Shown here piece by piece: positions 28,086-37,365 of a DNA stretch of 64,000 nucleotides. The number at the start of each line of letters is the position of its first letter. Positions within the stretch are counted from its first letter, which is position 1. Made by a program: the position numbers and the translations under genes. The notes under the pieces were generated by a model, which had not been told where the DNA came from, ran no database searches, and saw only the letters and a list, made by a program, of their open reading frames with translations. The DNA is from Myxococcales bacterium. GTDB lineage: Bacteria; Myxococcota_A; UBA9042; JABWCM01; BTVJ01. The DNA is taken from positions 32,001-96,000 of the forward strand of contig BTVJ01000004.1 in NCBI GenBank assembly GCA_045863395.1. Direction: 5' to 3'.

Positions 28086-29635
28086 CGACCCGGGAGCGCA
28101 TCGAGGAGCTGCGGGCGCGGCGCACGGCGGCCTGGCAGGGGGGCGGACCCAAGCGCCTCGAGCGCCAGCACGCCGCGGGCAAGCTGTCGGCGCGGGAGCG
28201 CCTCGGGCTGCTGGTCGACGCGGACACGTTCCAGGAGTCCCACCTCTTCGTGGAGCACCGGTGCCACCACTTCGGCATGGAGACGCAGCACCTGCCAGGA
28301 GACGGCGTCGTGACGGGGGCGGGGCTCGTGGACGGGCGGCCGGTCTACGTGGCGAGCCAGGACTTCACGGTGGCGGGCGGCTCCGTCGGCGAGGGCACGG
28401 CACAGAAGATCGTCGGCGTCATGGCCGACGCCCTCAAGACCGGCGACCCCTTCGTGTTCATCAACGACGGCGGCGGCGCCCGCATCCAGGAGGGGGTCGA
28501 CGCCCTGGCCGGCTACGGGCGCATCTTCCACCACAACATCCTGCTGTCGGGCGTCGTGCCCCAGATCAGCGTCATCGCGGGCCCCTGCGCCGGCGGGGCG
28601 GCCTACTCCCCGGCGCTCACGGACTTCATCATCCAGGTGCGCAACGTCGGGCAGCTCTACGTCACTGGCCCCCGCGTCATCCAGCAGGTGACGGGAGAGA
28701 CGGTCACCGCGGAGCAGCTCGGCGGCGTCGAGAGCCACGCCCACTACTCGGGCGTGGTCCACCTGGTCGCCGAGGACGACGCCCACGCCATGGAGCTGAC
28801 GCGGCGACTCTTGTCCTTCCTGCCGAGCAACAACACGGAGGACCCGCCCCTCGTGCCGTCTCTGCGCGCAGACACCGTGGCGCCCGACGAGACTCTCAAC
28901 GCCGTCGTGCCCGACGACTCGTCGGACCCCTACGATATGCACGCGATCATCGCCGCTGTCGTGGATCGCGCAGACTTCCTGGAGATTCAGCCGGAGTATG
29001 CGGCGAGCATCCTCATCGGCTTCGGTCGCCTGAACGGCCGCACCATCGGGGTCGTGGCCAACCAGCCGTCGGTGCGGGCGGGCGTGCTCGACATCGACTC
29101 CTCCGACAAGGCCGCGCGGTTCATCCGCTTCTGCAACGCCTTCAACATCCCCCTCGTCACCTTCGTGGACGTGCCGGGCTTCCTGCCCGGGGTCCAGCAG
29201 GAGTATGGCGGGATCATCCGCCACGGCGCGAAGATGCTCTTCGCCTACGGCGCCTCGACGGTGCCCAAGCTGACGGTCATCGTGCGGAAGGCCTATGGAG
29301 GGGCGTATCTGGCCATGTGCGGCCGCGACATGGGCGCAGATCGCGTGTGCGCCTGGCCCACCGCGGAGATCGCCGTCATGGGCGCCGAGGGCGCGGCGAA
29401 CATCCTCTATCGCCAGGAGATCGAGGCGGCCGCCGACCCCGTCGAGACGCGGCGAGAGCTGGTCGCCCGCTACCGAGACACCTTCTCGACCCCGTATGTG
29501 GCGGCGGCGCGCGGACTCATCGACGACGTCATCGAGCCGGCGGAGACCCGGGGCTGGCTGATCGCGGCCCTGGAGATCCTCAAGGCCAAGCGTGAGCTGC
29601 GCCCCCAGAAGAAGCACGGCCTGATCCCCCTGTGA
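28082..29635 (+). CDS. mmdA: Acyl-CoA carboxyltransferase: methylmalonyl-CoA decarboxylase alpha / transcarboxylase 12S-like
   Basis: GKLSARER, QDFTVAGGS, GGARIQEG, GPCAGGAAYSPALTDF, DVPGFLPG..QEYGGIIRHGAK and KKHGLIPL. Confidence 0.88.
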   Translation: MTTRERIEELRARRTAAWQGGGPKRLERQHAAGKLSARERLGLLVDADTFQESHLFVEHRCHHFGMETQHLPGDGVVTGAGLVDGRPVYVASQDFTVAGGSVGEGTAQKIVGVMADALKTGDPFVFINDGGGARIQEGVDALAGYGRIFHHNILLSGVVPQISVIAGPCAGGAAYSPALTDFIIQVRNVGQLYVTGPRVIQQVTGETVTAEQLGGVESHAHYSGVVHLVAEDDAHAMELTRRLLSFLPSNNTEDPPLVPSLRADTVAPDETLNAVVPDDSSDPYDMHAIIAAVVDRADFLEIQPEYAASILIGFGRLNGRTIGVVANQPSVRAGVLDIDSSDKAARFIRFCNAFNIPLVTFVDVPGFLPGVQQEYGGIIRHGAKMLFAYGASTVPKLTVIVRKAYGGAYLAMCGRDMGADRVCAWPTAEIAVMGAEGAANILYRQEIEAAADPVETRRELVARYRDTFSTPYVAAARGLIDDVIEPAETRGWLIAALEILKAKRELRPQKKHGLIPL

Positions 29636-29644
29636 GGACGAGCG

Positions 29645-29968
29645 ATGACCACGAGTGACGCGCTGACCTTCTCGGCCCTTGGGATGCTGATCGTCTTCGC
29701 TGTTCTCGCAGCGCTCGCCGTCTTCATCGGGCTCCTGCGGCGCCTGGACGCCCGCTGGCAGGCGGCGCCCACCGAGCCAACGCAGACCATCGACGACACG
29801 ACCCTCGTGATCATCGCCGCCACCGTCGCCACTCTCCTTGGCGGGAGAGGGCGCGTCCGCAGCATCCGCCGGGTGCTCCCGTCGGACGGGCCGGCCAGCG
29901 TCTGGTCCATGCAGGGGCGCGCCTCCCTCCAGGGCTCCCACGTCATCACCCGCAGAGGCAGAGGATGA
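29645..29968 (+). CDS. OadG/MmdD-like membrane anchor subunit of the Na+-translocating decarboxylase
   Basis: N-terminal TM GMLIVFAVLAAL, IIAATVA and C-terminal W..QGR; position in the operon. Confidence 0.8.
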   Translation: MTTSDALTFSALGMLIVFAVLAALAVFIGLLRRLDARWQAAPTEPTQTIDDTTLVIIAATVATLLGGRGRVRSIRRVLPSDGPASVWSMQGRASLQGSHVITRRGRG

Positions 29969-30366
29969 AGCTCAGAATCACGGTGCACGGTGTGGCCTAC
30001 GACGTGGACGTGGAGATCCTGGACCCGGGGGAGGGATTCCCCGGCGCGACGGGTGTGACGGGGCCCCTCCCCCACCGTGCGGCTCCAGTCGCGCCCAGTC
30101 CCTCTCCCCAGGCTCCCCAGGCTCCCCAGGCTCCGCAGGCACCCGCTCGCCAGACCGGCGGCGTGGCGTCTCCCATCGCGGGCACGGTCCTCGAGATCCG
30201 CTGCAAGGTGGGCGACGAGGTGCCCGGGGGCCAGGTCGTGGCCGTCCTCGAGGCCATGAAGATGAAGACGAACATCACGGCGCCGGCGGGCGGCAAGGTG
30301 AAGGCCATCCCCGTCGCCGTGGGAGACTCGGTGCGAGAGGGGCAGCTCCTCGTCGAGCTGGGCTGA
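29965..30366 (+). CDS. mmdC: Biotin carboxyl carrier subunit of the decarboxylase
   Basis: MKLRITVHGVAYDVDVE, Pro/Ala linker with (PQA)4 9-bp repeats at 30106-30141, EAMKM biotinylation motif. Confidence 0.9.
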   Translation: MKLRITVHGVAYDVDVEILDPGEGFPGATGVTGPLPHRAAPVAPSPSPQAPQAPQAPQAPARQTGGVASPIAGTVLEIRCKVGDEVPGGQVVAVLEAMKMKTNITAPAGGKVKAIPVAVGDSVREGQLLVELG

Positions 30367-30367
30367 G

Positions 30368-31492
30368 ATGGACACCGTCCTCGAGTTTCTGCGTGCCGGC
30401 GCCTTCGGCAACTTCACTCTCGGCAACCTGGCGATGCTGGTCGTCGGGTGCGCGTTCCTGTGGCTGGCCATCAAGAAGGACTACGAGCCCCTGCTGCTCG
30501 TGCCCATCGGCTTCGGGATCCTGGTCGGGAACATCCCCATGAAGGTGGGGATGAACATCGGCATCTACGAGGACGGCAGCGTCCTGTCCTTCCTCTACCA
30601 GGGCGTCACCAAGGGCTGGTATCCGCCGCTCATCTTCTTGGGCATCGGGGCCATGACCGACTTCTCGGCCATGCTGTCCCAGCCGCGGCTCATCCTCCTC
30701 GGCGCCGCGGCACAGATCGGCATCTTCGGGACGTTTCTCGGGGCGCTCGCCCTCGGGTTCGACGCGAAGCACGCCGCGGCCATCGGCATCATCGGTGGGG
30801 CGGACGGGCCCACCGCCATCTTCCTGTCCTCGAAGATGGCCCCAGACTACCTCGGGGCAATCGCCATCGCGGCATACTCGTACATGGCGCTCGTACCGGT
30901 GATTCAGCCGCCGATCATCCGGCTGCTGACTACCCGCAAGGAGCGCCTGATCCGCATGGCGCCATCCCGCCCGGTGAGCAAACGGACCCGCGTGCTGTTC
31001 CCCATCGTCGGCTTCCTGATCACCACGATGGTCGCACCGGGCGCCGTGACCCTGCTCGGCATGCTGTTCTTCGGCAACCTCTTGAAGGAGAGCGGCGTCA
31101 CGGAGCGTCTCGCCGCCACCGCGCGCACCTCCTTCGTCGACGCCATCACCATCCTGCTGGGCCTGACGGTGGGCGCGTCCACGGACGCCTCCCGGTTCCT
31201 CACCCCGGACTCCCTCAAGATCTTCGCGCTCGGAGCGGCGTCCTTCTGCGTGGCGACGGCGGGCGGGGTGCTGTTCGCCAAGGTGATCAACCTGTTCTCC
31301 AAGGACAAGATCAACCCGATCATCGGCGCGGCGGGGGTCTCGGCGGTGCCCGACTCGGCGCGGGTGTGCCAGATGGTGGGCGCCGAGGAGGACCCGAGCA
31401 ACTTCCTGATCATGCACGCCATGGCGCCCAACGTGGCCGGCGTCATCGGCTCGGCGGTGGCGGCGGGCGTGTTCCTGGCGAGCCGGATATAG
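30368..31492 (+). CDS. mmdB: Sodium ion-translocating decarboxylase beta subunit
   Basis: YEPLLLVPIGFG, PPLIFLGIGAMTDF, IGIIGGADGPTAIF, AAYSYMALVP.IQPP and HAMAPNVAGVIGS. Confidence 0.93.
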   Translation: MDTVLEFLRAGAFGNFTLGNLAMLVVGCAFLWLAIKKDYEPLLLVPIGFGILVGNIPMKVGMNIGIYEDGSVLSFLYQGVTKGWYPPLIFLGIGAMTDFSAMLSQPRLILLGAAAQIGIFGTFLGALALGFDAKHAAAIGIIGGADGPTAIFLSSKMAPDYLGAIAIAAYSYMALVPVIQPPIIRLLTTRKERLIRMAPSRPVSKRTRVLFPIVGFLITTMVAPGAVTLLGMLFFGNLLKESGVTERLAATARTSFVDAITILLGLTVGASTDASRFLTPDSLKIFALGAASFCVATAGGVLFAKVINLFSKDKINPIIGAAGVSAVPDSARVCQMVGAEEDPSNFLIMHAMAPNVAGVIGSAVAAGVFLASRI

Positions 31493-31494
31493 CG

Positions 31495-32097
31495 TCAGGG
31501 GGCCGGAGCCTCCAGATCGGGCGTGGGCACGGGGGACAGGGCCGGAGGCTCCGCCTGCTTCGCTCCGCCCCCCGCCCCGAGTCCCGGTGCGGTGCCCGTG
31601 GCGGGAGGCGCGGTCCCCACCCCGTACCCCGGCGCCGCCCCTGCGGGTGGAGGCACGGTCACGATGCGCCGCGGCTTCCCCTCCGGCGGCGCGGCCTTGT
31701 CTCCCTGCGGCATGGCTGCCCTCTTCGCCTTCAGCCGAGCGCGCTCCAGGTCCATGATGCGCTCCGTGCACGCCCGCCAGGCCCGCATGTCCTGCGCCTG
31801 CTCCAGACAGGTCGCGTGCTCCGGCGGCCACCCCTTGCACTGGATCATCAGGTCGGGGAGGTCGAGATCGACCGCGTTCTTGCCCTGCGACGCGTTCAGG
31901 CGCTCTACATTGGCCAGGGCGCGGCCGCACGGGGAGTCGTCGAGCAGCGGCGCCTGGGCGACGCAGCGCCCCGCCTCGCAGCTCTGTCGCGCCGGACAGT
32001 CGGCGCTCTTCACGCACTCGGGCTTGCTCGCGGCCGGCTCCGGGCTCCGCTTGCATCCGACCAACGCCACCAGGACCAACCACGCTGCTCTGTTCAC
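31495..32097 (-). CDS. Hypothetical lipoprotein with Cys motifs and a Pro/Ala-rich tail
   Basis: GTG start with GGAGG; lipobox ALVGC; CxxSADCPxxQSCxxGRC module. Confidence 0.7.
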   Translation of the reverse strand: MNRAAWLVLVALVGCKRSPEPAASKPECVKSADCPARQSCEAGRCVAQAPLLDDSPCGRALANVERLNASQGKNAVDLDLPDLMIQCKGWPPEHATCLEQAQDMRAWRACTERIMDLERARLKAKRAAMPQGDKAAPPEGKPRRIVTVPPPAGAAPGYGVGTAPPATGTAPGLGAGGGAKQAEPPALSPVPTPDLEAPAP

Positions 32098-32205
32098 GCT
32101 CTACCCTCCGTCTGGACAGCGGGAGCCTACCGCCCACGGGGGTCCGCGGCAAGCTGGCGCGCACGTCGCGGTGTGGTAGCCTTGCGCCCCACGAGGAGGC
32201 GCACC

Positions 32206-32700
32206 ATGGGCCAACGACGGCTCCCGATGATCAAGGAGGTCTCCTGGGCGGCCGTCGGCCCCCAGCTCGTGCTGCTCGCCGTGCTGGTCGCCGCCGGCCA
32301 CGCGGTGATCGGCCCCCGCTTCGGCGTCACGGCCGGGGCCCTCGTCTGGCTCGCCTGGCGCATGGGCGGTCACCAGGTCGTCGCGCGCCACCACCGGGCG
32401 GGCATCCGCCTTCTTCGGGCGCGCCGCCCCGAGCAGGCCATCGGCGCCTTCGAGCGGAGCATCGCCTTCTTCGAGCGTCACCCCTGGGTCGACCGCCACC
32501 GGGCCCTGGTGCTGCTGTCCCCGAGCCGCATGTGCTACCGGGAGATGGCCCTGGTCAATATCGCCTTCGCGTGGGGGCAGCTCGGCGACGGGGTCCGCAT
32601 GAAGCAGACCTACGAGCGGGCCCTCGCGGAGTACCCCGACAACCCCATCGCTGCTGCGGCGCTTCAGCAGATCGCCGCCATCGCGGGACGCGCCAGTTGA
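32206..32700 (+). CDS. Membrane-anchored TPR-like protein
   Basis: GAGGAGG RBS; two hydrophobic segments; helical repeats EQAIGAFERS and ALVNIAFAW..YERALAEYPDN. Confidence 0.7.
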   Translation: MGQRRLPMIKEVSWAAVGPQLVLLAVLVAAGHAVIGPRFGVTAGALVWLAWRMGGHQVVARHHRAGIRLLRARRPEQAIGAFERSIAFFERHPWVDRHRALVLLSPSRMCYREMALVNIAFAWGQLGDGVRMKQTYERALAEYPDNPIAAAALQQIAAIAGRAS

Positions 32701-32854
32701 CTGGGGGCCTCGAGGGGCAGAGAGGCGCTGCCTCTTGCCGGCGGCCGGCAAGCAGGGTTAGGGTAGGCGGCGGGGGCGAGAGGGGTTCGTGCTCGAGCGG
32801 TCTCGACGCCAGGTCCACGCAGGAGCCCCGCGCCCCACAGGCAGGAGGTGACGC

Positions 32855-33850
32855 ATGACTCCCACGGTGGCCGCATCGCCGGTCGCGGCTCCCTCCGCGG
32901 GGAGCGACGGCACGGGCGACCCGCCGCAACATGACGGGCCGGGATCACCCGCCGCCTGCCCGGCTCCCAGCCCGCTCAGCGAGCAGCTCGACCAGATGCG
33001 CGCACAGATGGACACCCTGACCCGCGAGCTGCGCAAGGCCCGGCGCCTGGAGGCCATCGGCCGCCTCTCGTCGGGCATCGCCCACGAGATCAACTCGCCG
33101 CTCCAGTACATCACGTCGAACCTGCACTTCGCCCGCACGTCGGTGGAGGACCTCCTCGCCCTCGTCGACACCTACCGCGACGCTGCGCGGGTCGATGGCG
33201 AGGTGCCCGAGGCGCTGCGGCAAGCGGAGGCCGAGCGGGGCCTCGACTTCCTGCTGGAGCAGCTCGGCCCGGCGATCGACCAGACCTTCGACGGGCTGGA
33301 GCGCGTCTCGAAGATCGTGCGCACCATGCGGGAGTTCGGCGTGGAGCGCACCGGCGACCGCAAGGAGCCCGCCGACCTGAACCGGGCGCTGCGGAGCGCG
33401 CTCGTCGTAGCCCACAACGAGCTGAAGTACGTTGCCACGGTCCAGACGGACCTGCAGCCCATCCCGCACGTCACCTGCTTCGAGGGAGACCTGAACCTGG
33501 TCTTCCTGAACCTGCTGACGAACGCAGCCCACGGGGTGGCCGCCGCGGTGGAGGGGACCCATGCGCAGGGCACGATCACCGTCTGCTCTCGCGACGCGGG
33601 CGACGACGTCGTGGAGATCGCGGTATCCGACACGGGGTGCGGGATCCCCCCAGACGATCTCGAGCGCCTGCTCGGGGCTCCGCCTCATGAGACCGGAGCG
33701 AGCCCCTGGGGCGGCCTCGCTGTCGCCCGCGCGGTGATCGTCGACGAGCACGCGGGCACCCTGACCATCGACAGCGAGCAGGGACGAGGCACCACCGTCA
33801 CGATCCGCCTCCCCGTCGAGCCGCCGGGGGACATCGCTGAGACGTGCTGA
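32855..33850 (+). CDS. Soluble NtrB-like histidine kinase with no sensor domain and a degenerate F/G2 box
   Basis: H-box GIAHEINSPLQYI, N-box NLLTNAAH, G1 DTGCGIP, G3 GRGTTVTIRLP. Confidence 0.82.
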   Translation: MTPTVAASPVAAPSAGSDGTGDPPQHDGPGSPAACPAPSPLSEQLDQMRAQMDTLTRELRKARRLEAIGRLSSGIAHEINSPLQYITSNLHFARTSVEDLLALVDTYRDAARVDGEVPEALRQAEAERGLDFLLEQLGPAIDQTFDGLERVSKIVRTMREFGVERTGDRKEPADLNRALRSALVVAHNELKYVATVQTDLQPIPHVTCFEGDLNLVFLNLLTNAAHGVAAAVEGTHAQGTITVCSRDAGDDVVEIAVSDTGCGIPPDDLERLLGAPPHETGASPWGGLAVARAVIVDEHAGTLTIDSEQGRGTTVTIRLPVEPPGDIAETC

Positions 33851-33901
33851 ACCCGCCACGAGCCCTGCGCCGGCAGGCCCGCAGCCCGAGATCCAGGAGG
33901 A

Positions 33902-35041
33902 ATGATGACGCTCCCCCGTGTCCTGTGTGTCGATGACGAACCGAACGTGGTCGCGGGCCTCAGCCTGCACCTGCGCCGGCACTACGAGGTGCTCACGGCC
34001 ACCAGCGGGGCGCAGGGGCTGGAGCTCCTCCGGGAGCAGGGCCCCATCGCCGTCGTGCTCTCCGACATGCGCATGCCGGGCATGGACGGGGCGACCTTCC
34101 TGGGGCTCGTGCGCGAGCGCTCCCCGGCCACGGTGCGCATTCTCTTGACGGGCCACGCGGATCTGAACTCCGCCGTCGCCGCCGTCAACCGCGGGCAGAT
34201 CTTCCGGTTCCTGACCAAGCCGTGCCCACCGGACGAGCTGCTGGGCGCTTTCCGGGCCGCCGCGGAGCAGCACCGCCTCATCGAGGCGGAGCGTGTGCTG
34301 CTGGAGCAGACCCTCATGGGCAGCATCAAGGCGATGGTCGACGTGCTCGCCCTGACCAACCCAGTGGCCTTCGGCCGTGCCAGCCGAATCAAGCGCCACG
34401 CGATGCAGGTCGCCCAGAAGCTCGACGTGCCCGACCCGTGGCAGATCGAGGTGGCCGCCATGCTGTCGCAGATCGGGTGCATCACGCTGCCCCCAGACAC
34501 CTCGGAGAGGCTGTTCCACGGCCACCCGCTGGACCCCGAGGAGCAGGAGATGGTCGCCCGCGTGCCCGCGACCACCCGCCAGCTCCTGGGGAACATCCCG
34601 CGCCTGGAGCCCGTGCTCGAGATCCTGAGCGGTGAGCGGATCGCGTGGCGGAAGGTGAACCCCCAGACCGGCCGCCCGGCGCCTGTCGGCTCCCGCATCC
34701 TGCGGGTCGCCGCCGACTACGACACGCTGACGGCCCGCGGCCACACGCCGGACGTGGTGTTCGGGACGCTGCGGGCCGTGCGCGACACCTACGACCCCGC
34801 CGTGCTGGAGGCCTTCGACGCCCTCCACGAGGAGGCCGGGATCGCGAGCCGGGTGCTCGAGATCCCCATCCGCGCGGTCCAGGTGGGCATGGTCATGATC
34901 GAGGACGTGCTGATGACCAGCGGGACCGTCTTCGCCGCCCGGGGCTACGAGGCGACCGAGAGCTTCGTCATGCGCGCCGGGAACCTCCCCGACGGAGCCG
35001 TGCGGGAGCCCGTGGGGGTCCTCGTCCCTGCGCCCGCCTGA
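33902..35041 (+). CDS. Response regulator: REC domain plus a degenerate HD-GYP/RpfG-like domain
   Basis: VDDEP, SDMRMPGMDG, LTG and FRFLTKP; AAMLSQIG where HD is expected; GSRILRVAADYD. Confidence 0.85.
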   Translation: MMTLPRVLCVDDEPNVVAGLSLHLRRHYEVLTATSGAQGLELLREQGPIAVVLSDMRMPGMDGATFLGLVRERSPATVRILLTGHADLNSAVAAVNRGQIFRFLTKPCPPDELLGAFRAAAEQHRLIEAERVLLEQTLMGSIKAMVDVLALTNPVAFGRASRIKRHAMQVAQKLDVPDPWQIEVAAMLSQIGCITLPPDTSERLFHGHPLDPEEQEMVARVPATTRQLLGNIPRLEPVLEILSGERIAWRKVNPQTGRPAPVGSRILRVAADYDTLTARGHTPDVVFGTLRAVRDTYDPAVLEAFDALHEEAGIASRVLEIPIRAVQVGMVMIEDVLMTSGTVFAARGYEATESFVMRAGNLPDGAVREPVGVLVPAPA

Positions 35042-35193
35042 GCCGCTCCCCTCTTGGTCCCCCTGGCGCCGTCACCCACCTTCTCTCGCAACGCCCTCTC
35101 CCGAAGGCCGAGTCGCGCCGGCCGCGGCGGTTCGCGGCGATGTCCCTTGTAAGTCGGAGGCGGCAGTGATACCAGCCGCCGAGGAGGTGCGCC

Positions 35194-36825
35194 ATGAGGT
35201 GGTTGGTGGCTCTGTTCCTGGTAGGGTGCGCAGGTTCCGTGGAGAAGGGGGCGCCCGCGCTGCCTGCGCTTGGGGCCAAGCAGGACGGCCCGGCGGTCCC
35301 CGTGCTCGGCACGCTGGCCTGGGGAGAGGCGATGAGCGGGACCCTCACGCCGGGGGAGTTCCAGGGGTGGCTCCTCCCGGCGCTCGCTGGCGACCTCGTG
35401 ACGGTGGAGGTGACACAGAAGGGGTCGAGCGCCGGCCTGGACGCGACCCTGTTCGTCTATGCTCCGGACGGCGGGGGCTTCGCGTCGGACCCCGCCGCCA
35501 TGGACGACGACTCCGGGTGGGGTCGCCTGCCCCGCCTGACCCACACCTTCAGCGTCGGAGGCTCGTACCTCGTGGTGGTCGGCGCCTTCGACAAAGTGGG
35601 CAAAGGCGCCTACCGCCTGCTCGCCACCTGCACCGGCGTCTGCGAGGTGGCGAGCTGCGACCCCCGCCTTCTCGCCGGCATGAAGGCGTGTGTCCAGGAT
35701 TGGCGCTACGGCGCGGATCCGGACGCGCAGCGCCCACCGACCACCGGGGAGCTGGTGGAGGGCTGCACCGACGCCGAGCCAGTGGCCCCGGTGCGTGACG
35801 CCATCTGCGCCGAGGACGACTCGCCCTTCTGCGCTCTGGACTACGAGCAGTTCGTCTACCAGGCCATCCCGCCGTGCCGCGCGCCCCTCGAGACGTGGGT
35901 GGAGGAGACGGCCTGCGCCCTCGGCTATACGTGGCAGCCCATCGCCCAGGGGGCGGCCTGGGGCATCCTGGAGCTCGGCCGCACCACGGTGACGACGGCC
36001 GAGGGGCTCAGCGATGTCGAGGCGGAGCGCATCGTGGCGGCGCTCCACGCCTCCGCCCACACGGACGTCACGACCGCCGCGGAGGCCATTCTGCGCACCG
36101 ACGACAAGGCCCTGCTGCGCCTCTCGCTCTGGGACGTCACCAACGGCAGAGCCTATGACGCCTGGACCTTCCACGCAGGTGACAACCTCTTCGGGGCCGT
36201 CTTCGGCGATGGGAGTGGGGGTCCGGTGGCCCACATCAACGACGGAGACATCGTGGAGTGTCAGGTGACACCGGGGCCGGTGCTTCACCCCTGCGCGACG
36301 GACGGAGACTGCGGCGGCCTCACCTGCATCGGCGCCAGCCCGCAGACCTTCGACGGCCGCTGTGTCCCGCCGGGAGCGGCAGGCGCAGAGACGTGCTCGG
36401 CGGAGGCGCAGTGTGCGGCGGGCTTCGTGTGCAACGGTGGAGAGGCGGGCACCTGCGCCCCCGCCTGGACCCGCGCCACCTTCCGCGACGTGGCGTGGGC
36501 GCCCATCCCGGAGGGCGTCGGCGCCCCGCTGGAGCGAACAATCCAGGCGTCGGGCCTGCTCCCGGAGGCGACGGACGCCCGCCTGCGGATCACCGTGGCC
36601 CACCCGGCGCCATCACAGCTCCGCGTGCTGCTCTTGACGCCGGCGGGAGGCGAGCACGTGGTCTACGAGGGCACGCAGCAGGGCCCGGACCTGACGCTGG
36701 ACCTGGCGGTCCCCGTTGACGGCGGCACCCCGGCCAACGGGACGTGGACCCTCCGCGTCACCGACACGCTCAAGGGGAAGGCGGGGACGCTCACCGAGTG
36801 GTCGCTGGGGTTGGGGAGCCGCTGA
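35194..36825 (+). CDS. Lipoprotein with a PPC-like domain, Cys-rich modules and a C-terminal proprotein-convertase P domain
   Basis: Lipobox LVGC; LDATLFVYAPDG..DDDSG..GSYLVVV; ITVAHPAPSQLRVLLLTPAG..ANGTWTLRVTD..GTLTEWSL. Confidence 0.78.
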   Translation: MRWLVALFLVGCAGSVEKGAPALPALGAKQDGPAVPVLGTLAWGEAMSGTLTPGEFQGWLLPALAGDLVTVEVTQKGSSAGLDATLFVYAPDGGGFASDPAAMDDDSGWGRLPRLTHTFSVGGSYLVVVGAFDKVGKGAYRLLATCTGVCEVASCDPRLLAGMKACVQDWRYGADPDAQRPPTTGELVEGCTDAEPVAPVRDAICAEDDSPFCALDYEQFVYQAIPPCRAPLETWVEETACALGYTWQPIAQGAAWGILELGRTTVTTAEGLSDVEAERIVAALHASAHTDVTTAAEAILRTDDKALLRLSLWDVTNGRAYDAWTFHAGDNLFGAVFGDGSGGPVAHINDGDIVECQVTPGPVLHPCATDGDCGGLTCIGASPQTFDGRCVPPGAAGAETCSAEAQCAAGFVCNGGEAGTCAPAWTRATFRDVAWAPIPEGVGAPLERTIQASGLLPEATDARLRITVAHPAPSQLRVLLLTPAGGEHVVYEGTQQGPDLTLDLAVPVDGGTPANGTWTLRVTDTLKGKAGTLTEWSLGLGSR

Positions 36826-37090
36826 GGCGCACCGCGGCCCTGTCGCGACGGGCGTCGTGAACGGTGTACACCGCACTGCGCCAGATCCCCTGAGACCCGC
36901 TCGGTCAGAACGCCTCCACTCGCCAGCACAGGTACGCGAGGAGCGCATCGCTCACGAAGCCGATCACTTCATGCCAGAGGAAAGTCTTGCTCGGATTGTG
37001 CTTGCGGTCTCGCACCCCCGTGAGCTACCCTCGTCCAGTCCGTGACCCGGAGAGGTCGACTCGGCATACTCTCGAGGGGAGTTTGTCGCG

Positions 37091-37339
37091 ATGGGAATTC
37101 GACGATGCAGCTTCTGCAAGAAGCCCCGCGGCGCAGAGCTCGCCAAGATCTGCACATCCTGCGCCCAGGGCCGCACAGCAGACTCCTGGTGTGACTTCTG
37201 TAACAAGACGACCAACGGCGCGCCGGCCTGGATATGCTCCACGTGTGCCAAGGGACGCACCGGCGACAACTGGTGCGACTTCTGCAACAAGACCACGAAT
37301 ACGGTCGTTGCTCGTATTTGCGCTCGCTGCGCCGCATGA
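37091..37339 (+). CDS. 82-aa triple zinc-finger microprotein (6 x CxxC, 28-aa internal repeat)
   Basis: CSFC-11-CTSC-9-CDFC-11-CSTC-9-CDFC-11-CARC; GAGGGG RBS; repeat copies differ mostly at synonymous sites. Confidence 0.8.
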   Translation: MGIRRCSFCKKPRGAELAKICTSCAQGRTADSWCDFCNKTTNGAPAWICSTCAKGRTGDNWCDFCNKTTNTVVARICARCAA

Positions 37340-37365
37340 CCGCGAGTCGAGAGAGGAGATGATCG

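Noticed and set aside
26966..29635. 889-aa ORF as a single fused protein
   Set aside because: The N-terminal part is an out-of-frame shadow of pyk; the real carboxyltransferase starts at ATG 28082 with its own RBS
36964..37296. Antisense ORF with repeated VVLLQKSHQ
   Set aside because: Mirror of the Zn-finger repeat; the synonymous-site pattern and RBS favour the + strand ORF
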